This document shows positions 47,972 to 57,928 of a stretch of 64,000 nt of DNA, one piece after another; position 1 is the stretch's first letter, and each line of letters opens with the position of its first letter. This stretch comes from Candidatus Microgenomates bacterium (GTDB taxonomy: Bacteria > Patescibacteriota > Microgenomatia > UBA8517): NCBI GenBank assembly GCA_049519355.1, contig JBEKQV010000002.1:131479-195478 (forward strand). The letters run 5' to 3'. Below the pieces are notes generated by a model. The model saw nothing but the letters and a program-made list of their open reading frames with translations. It did not search any database and was not told where the DNA came from. The position numbers and the translations under genes are program-made.

Positions 47972-49030
47972 TTATTTTCCAGCCTCCTTGTATACCTCAA
48001 GAGTCAACTTGGCAGTCCTTTCCCAGGAAAACTTCTCAACTTGCTTGTAACCCTTCTCAATATAGCTTTTGGGTCCACGCAGCATCATTTCAATACCCTC
48101 CGAAATCGACCTGACACTATACGGATCTACAAGAATTGCCGCATCTCCTGCCACTTCAGGCATGCTCGCAACATTTGACGTAACAACGGGAATACCATAA
48201 GCAAAACCCTCGAGAATGTTCTGGCCAAAGCCTTCGTAAATTGAAGCATAAACAAGTCCTTTCGATCCTGCCATTAGAACAGCAAGTTCATCGTCGGCTA
48301 CATAACCGGCAAGTCGAATATTCCTTTGAGCTTCGACTAAAGGAACACTTTGATTACCAATAATTACCAGCTTTAGGTTTTTACCGGCAGAAGAAAGTTC
48401 AAAAGCTTTAACAATTCTTGCGATGTTTTTATACGGTGCCGAACCAAATGCCACCAGATAATCTCCAGTAATTTTGTATTTGCGTTTTACTTCATCCACA
48501 CTGCCTCTATTTACTCGGGTTACTACCCCTGCCTCAGGAATAACTCTTATTTTTTCTTCTTGAACTCCAAAGGAAATTAAATCCGTTTTTGTCGAATTTG
48601 AAGGAACAATGATTCTATCCGATTCTTTCTGCACCCATTTAAGCCTTCTTAGGTGAGCCTCCAAAACCTTTTTGTGAATTAGCCTTGGAAATTTAAACGG
48701 AATTAAATCGTGCACAGTTGTCACCTTAAAAGCTTTCGATGGCGGCTCGGTCCAGTCGGAAGTATGCAAGACATCAATGTTGCCAATTAGCTTTTCGATG
48801 GGCATTATATGCAACCTGTTCCAAATAAAATCTGCCATTGTCGGAGGAATCGGAAAAATTTTTGTTTGTGGAAAAAAGTTTAAAATCTCCCCTTTCCTTC
48901 TAAAAGACCCTGCAAACAATATATATTCGTCTGTACTGTCAATTTTTAGAAGGTTCTCCACAAGTTTCCTTGTATAAAAAGAAACTCCTGTTCCATAAAC
49001 TATTTGGCTGATATCAATTGCAATTTTCAC
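47972..49030 (-). CDS. GT4 glycosyltransferase
   Basis: IAIDIS, TTVHDL, YKN, SIYEGFG, SMPEVAG. Confidence 0.92.
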   Translation of the reverse strand: MKIAIDISQIVYGTGVSFYTRKLVENLLKIDSTDEYILFAGSFRRKGEILNFFPQTKIFPIPPTMADFIWNRLHIMPIEKLIGNIDVLHTSDWTEPPSKAFKVTTVHDLIPFKFPRLIHKKVLEAHLRRLKWVQKESDRIIVPSNSTKTDLISFGVQEEKIRVIPEAGVVTRVNRGSVDEVKRKYKITGDYLVAFGSAPYKNIARIVKAFELSSAGKNLKLVIIGNQSVPLVEAQRNIRLAGYVADDELAVLMAGSKGLVYASIYEGFGQNILEGFAYGIPVVTSNVASMPEVAGDAAILVDPYSVRSISEGIEMMLRGPKSYIEKGYKQVEKFSWERTAKLTLEVYKEAGK

Positions 49031-50340
49031 TTTTTGTATAAATAGACGTTCCCAACTCCATTAAATGAGTATTCTGCCTCCTGCCTATATCCCAAAGCCT
49101 CTACATTGACCTTGGCGGTATCGGTCGGGTCAAAAACACTGCCTAAGTAGTCCAATAACCAAATTTGACTGTACCCAGCCTTAATGGCTTTCGGACCTCC
49201 AATTTTAGCATCCGGAGCGTAATAACGGTAGGCTTCCATGTTGGCACCGCTTGGAAAGATTGTGATTGAATTACCGTTTTTCTTTGGTTCCACAAAGTGA
49301 ACAAGCCCCCGCCAGTCTTCTCTTTGAAATTTGGGATTAACAAGATAACATCCTGTGGTCAGAATATTAAAAGCAATTAACAAAACGAAAAGTATTTTTC
49401 CGAGTTTTCCCGCCTTCTCTGTCCCAAAAGCGACTAATAAATAAAAGGGCGTTAAGCAAAACAGGAAGCGGAAATATGTCAGATTTGGAATTATAAAACT
49501 AACCAAAATCCCTAGAATTATTGGGACCACTAGCCATATCCACAAAATCTTCGGCGCCTTAAACGCTTTATAAAGTAAAAATCCAAATAGTACTGCTGCT
49601 CCCGTCACAATCAGAAAATACAAAACTTTATTGTCAAAACTTATTCGCCCAAACATAAACTTAACTGGGATTAGGGCAAGATTTTTAAAAGTCGGAATGC
49701 CGGAAATGTTCCACCAGTTCGAACCCCGCAGCGAAACCCCAGCGGTAATTTGAACAATAAAGACCTTTAACCATAAGAGAAAAACAATAACAAGAGGTGT
49801 CAGACTGAGAACGATTTTCTTCCAGTATTTCCAGCCAATGACAAAATAGACAGGAATCATAAATAAGGAGACATAATCCGTCATCCCTATGAGAACCAGG
49901 ACAATTGAAAAAAATATCCATTTCTTTCTCAAAAAAAGATATATCGATAAAGAAACCAGAAATGCCGCCAAAGAATACAATCTTGCTTCCTGTGAATAGT
50001 AAACGGCAAGACCCGACGTTGCCAATAATACTGAACCCATAAGCCCTACTTTTTTATCGAAAAGTTTTTTCCCGATAAGGTAAATTATATAAATTGTTGC
50101 CAGCCCAAAAATTACAGATGGGATCCTTAAGGAAATTTCCGAATATCCGAAAAGTACCGTCCAATATTTTACAACCAGATAGTAGAACGGCGGGTGAACG
50201 TCTCCCGGAAGAAGTTTAGTAAACATTTCACCCAGCGACATTTTTGCCGCAAGTGCGGTGGTAGCCTCATCAAGCCAAAGCGATTGATTGAGAGAAATAA
50301 GGCGGAGAATCAACCCTATCCCGAGAATCAGAAATATCAT
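49027..50340 (-). CDS. GT-C fold glycosyltransferase (GT39/PMT-like)
   Basis: LRL, QSLWLDEA, DVHPPFYY, SEISLRIPS, YYSQEARLY, EDWR. Confidence 0.88.
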   Translation of the reverse strand: MIFLILGIGLILRLISLNQSLWLDEATTALAAKMSLGEMFTKLLPGDVHPPFYYLVVKYWTVLFGYSEISLRIPSVIFGLATIYIIYLIGKKLFDKKVGLMGSVLLATSGLAVYYSQEARLYSLAAFLVSLSIYLFLRKKWIFFSIVLVLIGMTDYVSLFMIPVYFVIGWKYWKKIVLSLTPLVIVFLLWLKVFIVQITAGVSLRGSNWWNISGIPTFKNLALIPVKFMFGRISFDNKVLYFLIVTGAAVLFGFLLYKAFKAPKILWIWLVVPIILGILVSFIIPNLTYFRFLFCLTPFYLLVAFGTEKAGKLGKILFVLLIAFNILTTGCYLVNPKFQREDWRGLVHFVEPKKNGNSITIFPSGANMEAYRYYAPDAKIGGPKAIKAGYSQIWLLDYLGSVFDPTDTAKVNVEALGYRQEAEYSFNGVGNVYLYKK

Positions 50341-51176
50341 TTTGTCCTTTTACCCTTTAACAAAAATTCTAAAATTCCCACAAAAATTCCGAAATCGTAA
50401 ACAACCTTAAAAACTATAAATGCTGGAGTACCCGAGGCGATTGATTTCCATAAACCGACCACCAACGAAACCGGAAAGAAACTTCTTAGCAAACCAACAA
50501 TCATTCCCAGTTTTCCAAATTTGTAAGTCCGCTTCCCTACCCACTTTGTGTGGGAAAAAACTTCACTTATCGTTCCAGGATTCTGGTGATAAAAGATAGC
50601 CCGTGGAGCGTTTACAGCTTCATATCCCAGCTTTTTGCATAAACTCCAATCGTCATCATATCCTCCCGGGGTGAACCCCCCCACCCTATTAAACTCGCTT
50701 TTTAGGATCCCTCTAAAAACCGGCTGATGGTTAGGATAATTTGCAGGGTGACGGTGTTTCGGTTCCCAATTTTCATTTATATTCCAGCATCTTGCCCAAA
50801 TATTGTCCCAGTTAGAAACATATTCTTCTTTACTGAAGGTTCCTTTTTCTTCACCCTTAACAATCGGCTCGATAAGATTTTTTAAGAAATCTTCGTCAAA
50901 AGTCATATCGGCATCAACAAAAACCAAAATTTCTCCCTTCGCCAGTTTTACCCCAACATTTCTTGCCGCACCTGCTCCTAGGTGTCTTTGTTTAGTAAAC
51001 TTGAAATTGGGGATGGTTTTTCCCAGATTTTCAAGAATATCCAAAGTCCCGTCGCGGGAACTGTCATCGACCACTATTATTTCAAAATCAGAATAAGTTT
51101 GGGCTCCAAGTGATTCTATACAATCTTCAAGAACCCTTTTTTCGTTATATACTGGGATAATGACAGAGACTTCCAT
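50337..51176 (-). CDS. GT2 glycosyltransferase
   Basis: SVIIPVYN, VDDSSRD, ARNVG, FVDAD. Confidence 0.92.
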   Translation of the reverse strand: MEVSVIIPVYNEKRVLEDCIESLGAQTYSDFEIIVVDDSSRDGTLDILENLGKTIPNFKFTKQRHLGAGAARNVGVKLAKGEILVFVDADMTFDEDFLKNLIEPIVKGEEKGTFSKEEYVSNWDNIWARCWNINENWEPKHRHPANYPNHQPVFRGILKSEFNRVGGFTPGGYDDDWSLCKKLGYEAVNAPRAIFYHQNPGTISEVFSHTKWVGKRTYKFGKLGMIVGLLRSFFPVSLVVGLWKSIASGTPAFIVFKVVYDFGIFVGILEFLLKGKRTK

Positions 51177-51210
51177 TAATGAAATTATAGCTTATTTTTG
51201 AAGTACAATA

Positions 51211-52677
51211 ATGCCTGTGACAAACCTTCTTAAAAGAAATCTCTTATTGATCGCCATAATGCTCGTAGCTCTATTCTTTTACACATTTAGAATACACCAA
51301 ACTTTTATTATGGCCAGCGATACGGCTAGAGATCTCATAAGGGTCATGGAAATCTGGCAAGGAAAAATAATTACAGCAATAGGACCGCCTGTAAACACAA
51401 TTAGCAATAACCCAATACAAGTGTATTTTGGATCCATGCATTATTACTTTGGTTTATTGGGACTGCTTCTTTCAAATTTTGATCCTGTTGGCTCAGTTTA
51501 CATAAATATTGCATTAACCTTCTTGTCTATTCCCTTTTTCTTTCTCTTATCAAAAGAGATTCTTAAGAAAAGGGGGGTTGCACTTCTTTCCACCTTTGTA
51601 TATGCCCTCTCACCCATTACAATTGCTCTAGCCAGGTCATATTGGAATCCAAACCTAATAATTCCTTTATCGGTATTTGTGTGGTTCTTATTTCTGTATA
51701 AAAAGTCGCTTGTAAAATATTTTCTGGCAGGAATTGTTTCCGGAATTATATTCAACCTTCATTATATGAACATTATCCCCATAGCGCTATTCATTGTTTT
51801 TCTATTTTTCAAAACAGACAAAAGATATCTCCTTTCTGTAGCTATTGGGTTTATTCTTGCAACGTCCCCGCTTATCGCTTTTGAACTAAAAAATCATTTC
51901 TTTCTTATTAAAGCATTTATTGGAACTTTTGGAGGATTCTCGGCTTTCTCGGGACGTACACCAAATCCATTTCTATCAATCGATACCTTTTTCCACATCT
52001 TCGGTTTAGGACCTTACCAGTATTTCTTTCCATCACAAGTTAACATCACCTTCGGTTATAGAATCATTATGGACACTGTTATCGGAATCGCTTTTGTCTA
52101 TTTCCTGATTAAAAAACAAAAGATAATAAATTTTGAGCTGGTTTGCGTTATTCTAACCGGTTTGTTAGTCGGCTGGTACTTTGAAGAATTTCATCTTGTA
52201 GGTCTCAGGTATATTCTATCTACCTACCCATTATTTATTATTTCTTTCGTTGCGTTTGTTTCATCCTTCGGTATCTATATTATTTTGGTTCCAATAATTC
52301 CCATGTTAATTTTATCCGTCAAAATTATTACTCACAAACTTGACCCAAACTCACAAGAAGACTATTACCCTGTGCAAACAGTGGAGGAAATTTCAAAAGC
52401 AATCGTCGCAGACAGTCCAACCGGCAAATATAATGTTACTGAAAACATCCTGGGTGATGCCCGCTCTTTATCCTTCAGGTACTTCTTAATGAGAGACGCG
52501 AAAGTTAAACCGCAATCTGTAGAAGTCTATGACCGTATTGACACTCTTTATGTTGTAACCCCGTCGTTAGACAAAACTTACAAAGAAGATCGTTGGGAAT
52601 TCGTTGCCTCAGGGCCTAAAAAAATTTCATGGGAAAAAGACTTTGGAGATTTAAAATTATATAAATTTATAAAATAA
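51211..52677 (+). CDS. GT-C fold glycosyltransferase (ArnT-like); start may be GTG 51217
   Basis: DTARD, GPP, RSYWNPN, NLHY, PLIAFELKN; polytopic. Confidence 0.82.
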   Translation: MPVTNLLKRNLLLIAIMLVALFFYTFRIHQTFIMASDTARDLIRVMEIWQGKIITAIGPPVNTISNNPIQVYFGSMHYYFGLLGLLLSNFDPVGSVYINIALTFLSIPFFFLLSKEILKKRGVALLSTFVYALSPITIALARSYWNPNLIIPLSVFVWFLFLYKKSLVKYFLAGIVSGIIFNLHYMNIIPIALFIVFLFFKTDKRYLLSVAIGFILATSPLIAFELKNHFFLIKAFIGTFGGFSAFSGRTPNPFLSIDTFFHIFGLGPYQYFFPSQVNITFGYRIIMDTVIGIAFVYFLIKKQKIINFELVCVILTGLLVGWYFEEFHLVGLRYILSTYPLFIISFVAFVSSFGIYIILVPIIPMLILSVKIITHKLDPNSQEDYYPVQTVEEISKAIVADSPTGKYNVTENILGDARSLSFRYFLMRDAKVKPQSVEVYDRIDTLYVVTPSLDKTYKEDRWEFVASGPKKISWEKDFGDLKLYKFIK

Positions 52678-52682
52678 ACTTT

Positions 52683-53945
52683 TTATCTTTCCAATTTAAA
52701 AATCGAGTAACCCTGTCCAACGTCAGTAAGTTTATCTAACTTATACGAACCTCCGGCATTAACTTCCCAAACGCTGGATTTCTTAAAATCGTAATTATTT
52801 TGAGCCAAAACATATAAAAGTTTTAGATTTACATAACTTACTTCATCTAATGGTTTCTTACCGTATTTATATTCCACAAAATACCTTAACACATAAGCTC
52901 TCTTATCAAAATCCAAAACTTCCGATACATTAAAGTTTCCTTTAGCATCCCCCACAATAATCTTCGAGGCCTTTTCAATGTCGTTGATTGTGATTCCCTT
53001 TGGCATCCCCGTGGGACTATTAAAGGAAACGCGCGAGGAAGCCAGGTTAAAGTAAAAATACAGCACTAAAACAATAATACCGATGGCAATATTAAACTTT
53101 AATATTTTTGTGACCAGCCACGCTCCAATGATTGCAAATACAGGCCAAAACGGTAATAAGTAGTAATACGCGAAACCAGCATCACTTTTTCCCCTTAAGG
53201 TGTCGATCAAGTATTGGGTCAATGTGCGCAAGTGATAAAAGTTATGTTTGAGATCAAAAAGAAGCATCGGAAAATTTCCAATAGCCACCCCCAAAATGAA
53301 TGTTATGATAGAAACGATATATTTTTTATTTTTCCAAATATTGAATACCAAAACTGGTAAAGCAATCAAAATATAAAGAAACTGCAAACTAATTCCAATT
53401 CCGGATAGGAGCCCCAATATAAAAATATTTTTGGTGTTTGGTTTCTTATGGTTAAGAATCGAAAAATAAAAAGTAAATATTCCGATAAGAGGTAGGAGAT
53501 TATAATTCCATATAAATAAGGAGTGATAAATCATAAAATCGTTAAAAAGGAACAAGATCAAAGAAAGAACTGCAAGTTTTACGTTATATAACCTTTTTAC
53601 CACCCAGTAAATTACAAAACCCGTAAATAAATTAAGAAGAGCGAAAAATACAGTAATTGTGACAGGCTCGTAATTTGAAATTAAAAGTAGGGGAACCAAA
53701 GCATAATTAAAAAGTGCTCCTGAATAAAGAATATGACTGTTACTATCTTCCCTGAAATATTCCTGCCCCAAAAGAGAAGGTTTTTCTTTTATATAATTTG
53801 CCGACACAATCAAACTTCTAGCTTGTTCAGACCAGAAAGTAACACGGTCAGGAAAATTATAGAAACGCTCAAATCCAGCCAAAAGGAAAACGACAATAAG
53901 GATCAAACTATTCTTTTTTAATAAGATCTTTAAAAAGTTCTTCAT
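52683..53945 (-). CDS. GT-C fold glycosyltransferase (ArnT-like), paralog of 51211-52677
   Basis: SEQARSL, IWNYN, PMLLFDLKHNF; start moved to ATG 53945. Confidence 0.82.
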   Translation of the reverse strand: MKNFLKILLKKNSLILIVVFLLAGFERFYNFPDRVTFWSEQARSLIVSANYIKEKPSLLGQEYFREDSNSHILYSGALFNYALVPLLLISNYEPVTITVFFALLNLFTGFVIYWVVKRLYNVKLAVLSLILFLFNDFMIYHSLFIWNYNLLPLIGIFTFYFSILNHKKPNTKNIFILGLLSGIGISLQFLYILIALPVLVFNIWKNKKYIVSIITFILGVAIGNFPMLLFDLKHNFYHLRTLTQYLIDTLRGKSDAGFAYYYLLPFWPVFAIIGAWLVTKILKFNIAIGIIVLVLYFYFNLASSRVSFNSPTGMPKGITINDIEKASKIIVGDAKGNFNVSEVLDFDKRAYVLRYFVEYKYGKKPLDEVSYVNLKLLYVLAQNNYDFKKSSVWEVNAGGSYKLDKLTDVGQGYSIFKLER

Positions 53946-54990
53946 ATTTTCTAGTAACCAACTCCCAGGAAAAATTTTCCGCCTGCTTTCTTGGATTACC
54001 ATCCCAATCTTCACCCAGAGCCTTTTGCAATGCTTTCGCATATTCAACAGTATTTACCGGATCAACCAATATTCCACCATTCCCGACAATTTCCAACCTA
54101 ATAGGGTCGTTCGTTGCTATAACAGGAAGACCCGATGCCATAGCCTCAACCAATACATTTCCAAAAGCCTCGGACGGTCTTGAAGGCAGTGTAAAAATAT
54201 CAGCCGCCCGATAGACTTTAGGCATTTCAGAATACGGAACACTTGTTATTTCAAATCTGTCACCCAATAGTTTATTTCCTTCTTCGGCAAGCTTTTCTTT
54301 CAAATCTCCTCCCCCACCAACCAAAAGCAAACTTACATCCTTCAATTTTGCAACCGCCTTAATTGCCAAATCCATTCTTTTTTGTTCGGTAAACGCCCCA
54401 ACCGCCAAAACAGTAGGTTTTTTAAGTTTTGTTTCGAATTTTTCTCCATATGGTTTAAATTTATTTATGTCAACTCCGTTGGAAATTTGGATAGATTTAA
54501 CAAGCGGGTTAACTTTTTTAGACCACTCCTTAGCTGTTTGAGACAATGCGACAAATGTATTTGGAAGAGACCACAAATTATTTTTTTCATCCCATCCCAT
54601 TCCCGTCTGCCCGGAAATAACCATTTTGCCTCCGTAAAGCCATGTCGTAATTCTTATCAAGGCAACCTGCCAGCCACCATTAAAAGGAATTACAACATCA
54701 AATCTTTCTTTTAAAATCTTTGGGATTGTCCGAAGAGTAAATAACGCAATTTTTATACTCCAATAATCAATAAATAACCTACGACGAAGAGAAGTAGCTT
54801 TATCTTTTATCTTCCAATTAATTTTTGTCGTATAAACCTTAACCTTATATTTTGTATCAAAACTATTTGAGGCGGATTGAAGAACAGTGACATCATTCAT
54901 TTCAGAAAGCCTCTTTGCCAGTTCATTAACCACAGTTTCAACTCCCCTATTCACCTGACCGTTGTAAAAACTCAAAAAAGCTATTTTCAT
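53908..54990 (-). CDS. GT4 glycosyltransferase
   Basis: RGVET, SNGVD, QKR, SEAFGNVLVEAMASG. Confidence 0.92.
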   Translation of the reverse strand: MKIAFLSFYNGQVNRGVETVVNELAKRLSEMNDVTVLQSASNSFDTKYKVKVYTTKINWKIKDKATSLRRRLFIDYWSIKIALFTLRTIPKILKERFDVVIPFNGGWQVALIRITTWLYGGKMVISGQTGMGWDEKNNLWSLPNTFVALSQTAKEWSKKVNPLVKSIQISNGVDINKFKPYGEKFETKLKKPTVLAVGAFTEQKRMDLAIKAVAKLKDVSLLLVGGGGDLKEKLAEEGNKLLGDRFEITSVPYSEMPKVYRAADIFTLPSRPSEAFGNVLVEAMASGLPVIATNDPIRLEIVGNGGILVDPVNTVEYAKALQKALGEDWDGNPRKQAENFSWELVTRKYEELFKDLIKKE

Positions 54991-54991
54991 T

Positions 54992-56335
54992 TCATTTGGG
55001 AACAAATATTTCTATGTCATCCACCGTAGTTTTCAAAACGTAATTTTTCTGAACATAATTAAAATCATCTTCAGGAATATAAGACGAAAGACCTATGTCG
55101 CTGTAGGGTTGTAACAAAACCATCTCTGGTTTTGTTTCCGACAAACCCTGAACCATTTTTTCTTGAATTCCTGGCATCTCCGTATACCAGGAAAGTTGCG
55201 GAACCCAAGGATTTGTTGGAGGCAATGTATTTGTTAAAGCGTAAATATTATCCCACCAGTTCATAACAAAAATCGTATCTCCGGGTTTTGAGTTCGCCTT
55301 AACGTAAGCCGCGACGTCCGAAACATCCGTTTCAAAAAATCTGGTCCCCTCATTCCAGTTTCTTATGAAAAATCCTGCAAAAAGTATAAGGCTGCCGATT
55401 AAATAAATAGTCAAGAAAGATTTAATCAAACGGTTCTTTTTGTCATAATGGCTAACAACAAACCCCGTGGCTAAACCCAAAAAAGGAATTGCCGGTTGGA
55501 AATGAAAATACTCAAACCGGGGATAAGCTCCAAATATTCCGACAATAGACCATACAAATAAATATATATTCCGAGTTTTCTTATAAAAAAGAACGGGAAT
55601 AAATATTGAGAAAGGCAAAAGCGAAACAAATAAGGTTTTCAAATCGGGCAACTGAATTTGACCAGTCGCTTTTGGCAAAACAAAAATTCCGAATTTTATT
55701 CCCCAATCTATAAATGCCGGTAGTATCCCAAAAGCCCAGAGAATTAAGATAAATGGAACTAATATAATTAGTATCCCCAAAATAAATTTCTCGCCGTTTT
55801 TTATTATCGTTTTTTTATCTCGCAGTATTTCCAGACCTATTGGAATCAGGAAAAAGACCGCAGTTTGCTTTGTTAAAAATGCTAATATCCAAAAAAATCC
55901 CGCCCAAAAATAATTCTTTTTCTGCACAAAGTAATAGGAAATTAAAACTATTAATCCCATAAACAAATCAAACCAGAGACCGTTTCCGTCAAAAAAAATT
56001 TGCCAGAATGCGAAGGTGGCAAGAGCGATTAATGCAGTTTTAACATTCCAGAGTTTCTTGCCTATCCAAAAAACTAAAAAGTCCAAGACTAAAATTGAAA
56101 GCCAGGTAAATATTTTAAGTTGATTTATCCCAACCCCAAAAATTTTATAAAAAACAAAAAGTTTAACCAAAAGAAGTGGTGTATGAGGAATTGCGATATT
56201 TAAATAAGGTAACCAACCATGAATCATCAAGTATGGCCAGAGGAGCATCTCAGGCCACGCTGTAAATTGAAAGTGAAATAAAAGAAATAAATGTAAAATC
56301 AAAACACCTACTAAAATTAAATTGTATTTTCTCAT
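54992..56335 (-). CDS. GT-C fold membrane glycosyltransferase-like protein
   Basis: AWPE, PYL...PHTPL, GLWFD, TKQ, RFEYFH; many TM helices plus a soluble C-terminus. Confidence 0.75.
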   Translation of the reverse strand: MRKYNLILVGVLILHLFLLFHFQFTAWPEMLLWPYLMIHGWLPYLNIAIPHTPLLLVKLFVFYKIFGVGINQLKIFTWLSILVLDFLVFWIGKKLWNVKTALIALATFAFWQIFFDGNGLWFDLFMGLIVLISYYFVQKKNYFWAGFFWILAFLTKQTAVFFLIPIGLEILRDKKTIIKNGEKFILGILIILVPFILILWAFGILPAFIDWGIKFGIFVLPKATGQIQLPDLKTLFVSLLPFSIFIPVLFYKKTRNIYLFVWSIVGIFGAYPRFEYFHFQPAIPFLGLATGFVVSHYDKKNRLIKSFLTIYLIGSLILFAGFFIRNWNEGTRFFETDVSDVAAYVKANSKPGDTIFVMNWWDNIYALTNTLPPTNPWVPQLSWYTEMPGIQEKMVQGLSETKPEMVLLQPYSDIGLSSYIPEDDFNYVQKNYVLKTTVDDIEIFVPK

Positions 56336-57018
56336 AACTTCCGTGCAATTACTGTCATACTATCACCCATATTTAAAACTTTTGAGACCAAAGCTAAAGG
56401 GAATGTAACTATATCATAGATAAAAGATTTTCGTTTCAATTCTTGAAAAGGATTCGCGTATTCGAAAATTCCCGAACGCGACTGCCATAAAAGTACCTTG
56501 AACCCAGTCTTGCTAAACAACTTTAGAATGCTTTGTTTAGTAAATTGCCATTTATGCTCACTGGGCAGTCTAAATGGCCAACTATCCCCCATAATTTTAG
56601 CGGATAAGCTTCCTGCGTTTGGAACATCAACAAAAAGAATTCCACCTTTTTTCAATAATGTGTTAACTTTTTTTAAAACCAAAACCGGGTCGTCCATATG
56701 CTCCAGAGTATGGTTCAAAAGAACAAGGTCAAAATAATTTCTTGGAAGATTTAATTTCTCAAAATAATCTCTATAAACTTTAATGCCTTTTTTTTTCGCT
56801 TCGACAGCACTCCGGGATGATTCAACACCAAAAACTTCAAATCCTTTTTCCTTAAATATCTCTAAAAAAATTCCTGTTGAAGAACCTATTTCCAATACTC
56901 TTCCAGACTTAACAAATTTGTAAATTAAGGCAAAGCGGGTCAAGAATATATTCCTAAAAGTGGAGGAATATTTCACATAATCCGAATCTCTATGATAATT
57001 TTTATAATCCGGTTTCAT
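56332..57018 (-). CDS. Class I SAM-dependent methyltransferase
   Basis: VLEIGSSTG, FDLV, HTLEH, LKKGG, VPN. Confidence 0.9.
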   Translation of the reverse strand: MKPDYKNYHRDSDYVKYSSTFRNIFLTRFALIYKFVKSGRVLEIGSSTGIFLEIFKEKGFEVFGVESSRSAVEAKKKGIKVYRDYFEKLNLPRNYFDLVLLNHTLEHMDDPVLVLKKVNTLLKKGGILFVDVPNAGSLSAKIMGDSWPFRLPSEHKWQFTKQSILKLFSKTGFKVLLWQSRSGIFEYANPFQELKRKSFIYDIVTFPLALVSKVLNMGDSMTVIARKL

Positions 57019-57026
57019 TAATATTC

Positions 57027-57851
57027 TTAGTATCCAGCTTTTCCCTTCCAAACTTTTCTCTTAATTTTTCTAAGGGGTGTTTCAAAAAAGGCTCTAAATT
57101 TATATGATGCGTTCACAACCTTCCACGGACTTGGAATAATTTCCGGTTTACTCTTAAAAAAAACTTCAGGGTAATAATAGTCTAAAGGAAAACTTTCACC
57201 CAACTCATATTTATATTTTTTAGCTCTTTTAACTACATCCTTATCGGAAGTTGACCGCCGCAGATTGGTCATGTGGAAATAAGGTGTATTTATAAATTTA
57301 TAAGTATTTCGAGCCTGTATCATTTTCCCGTTTTCATCCGCCCATCCCCAGACACCGTGAATCCCCTGCGAATGCAAACCAGGAATAATTCTTTTTACTG
57401 CCCTTAAATTGTAATGTCCAACTCTATCGCCAAATTTATATCTTCCTGCCGAAGCCTCCTGAAAATGAAAAATATCACCGACTAAATTTATTGTTGGAAC
57501 TACCACGGATTCGATTTCTTTACCATCATTCTCTATTGTTTCCAAAACTCTTTTAATAGAATATTCATACCAAATTTCATCTCCGTCCAAAACCAAAAAC
57601 CAATCGGATTTTGTTTCATCGAGCATTTCCTGACGTACTTTTGTAAAATCCTCGGCAGAATTCACTTTTCTTTCCTTCAATTCAATTTTTCTGGGAAATT
57701 TTTTCACTAACTCTTTCTCAATTTCTAAAGTTCCGTCCGTGCTCCCCGTATCCCAAAGAAGAATTTTATCTACATGATTGACAACGCTGGCAACAGAAAA
57801 CCAAAGCCACCGGGCCTCATTTTTTACAAGAGTTTGGGCCCAAATTTTCAT
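57027..57851 (-). CDS. GT2 glycosyltransferase
   Basis: VKNE, DTGSTD, WFLVLDGDE. Confidence 0.88.
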   Translation of the reverse strand: MKIWAQTLVKNEARWLWFSVASVVNHVDKILLWDTGSTDGTLEIEKELVKKFPRKIELKERKVNSAEDFTKVRQEMLDETKSDWFLVLDGDEIWYEYSIKRVLETIENDGKEIESVVVPTINLVGDIFHFQEASAGRYKFGDRVGHYNLRAVKRIIPGLHSQGIHGVWGWADENGKMIQARNTYKFINTPYFHMTNLRRSTSDKDVVKRAKKYKYELGESFPLDYYYPEVFFKSKPEIIPSPWKVVNASYKFRAFFETPLRKIKRKVWKGKAGY

Positions 57852-57928
57852 ATCTTATTCTACCTTTTTTCCATTCAAATAGTGAATCTTGAAAAAATAC
57901 TGTAGAATTGCTAAGTTACTCGTAAAAT

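Noticed and set aside
56785-56796. Homopolymer T/A runs as phase-variation tracts in glycan genes
   Set aside because: Runs of 8-10 nt encode Lys/Phe stretches in intact frames and are expected at this AT content; no frameshifted gene was seen
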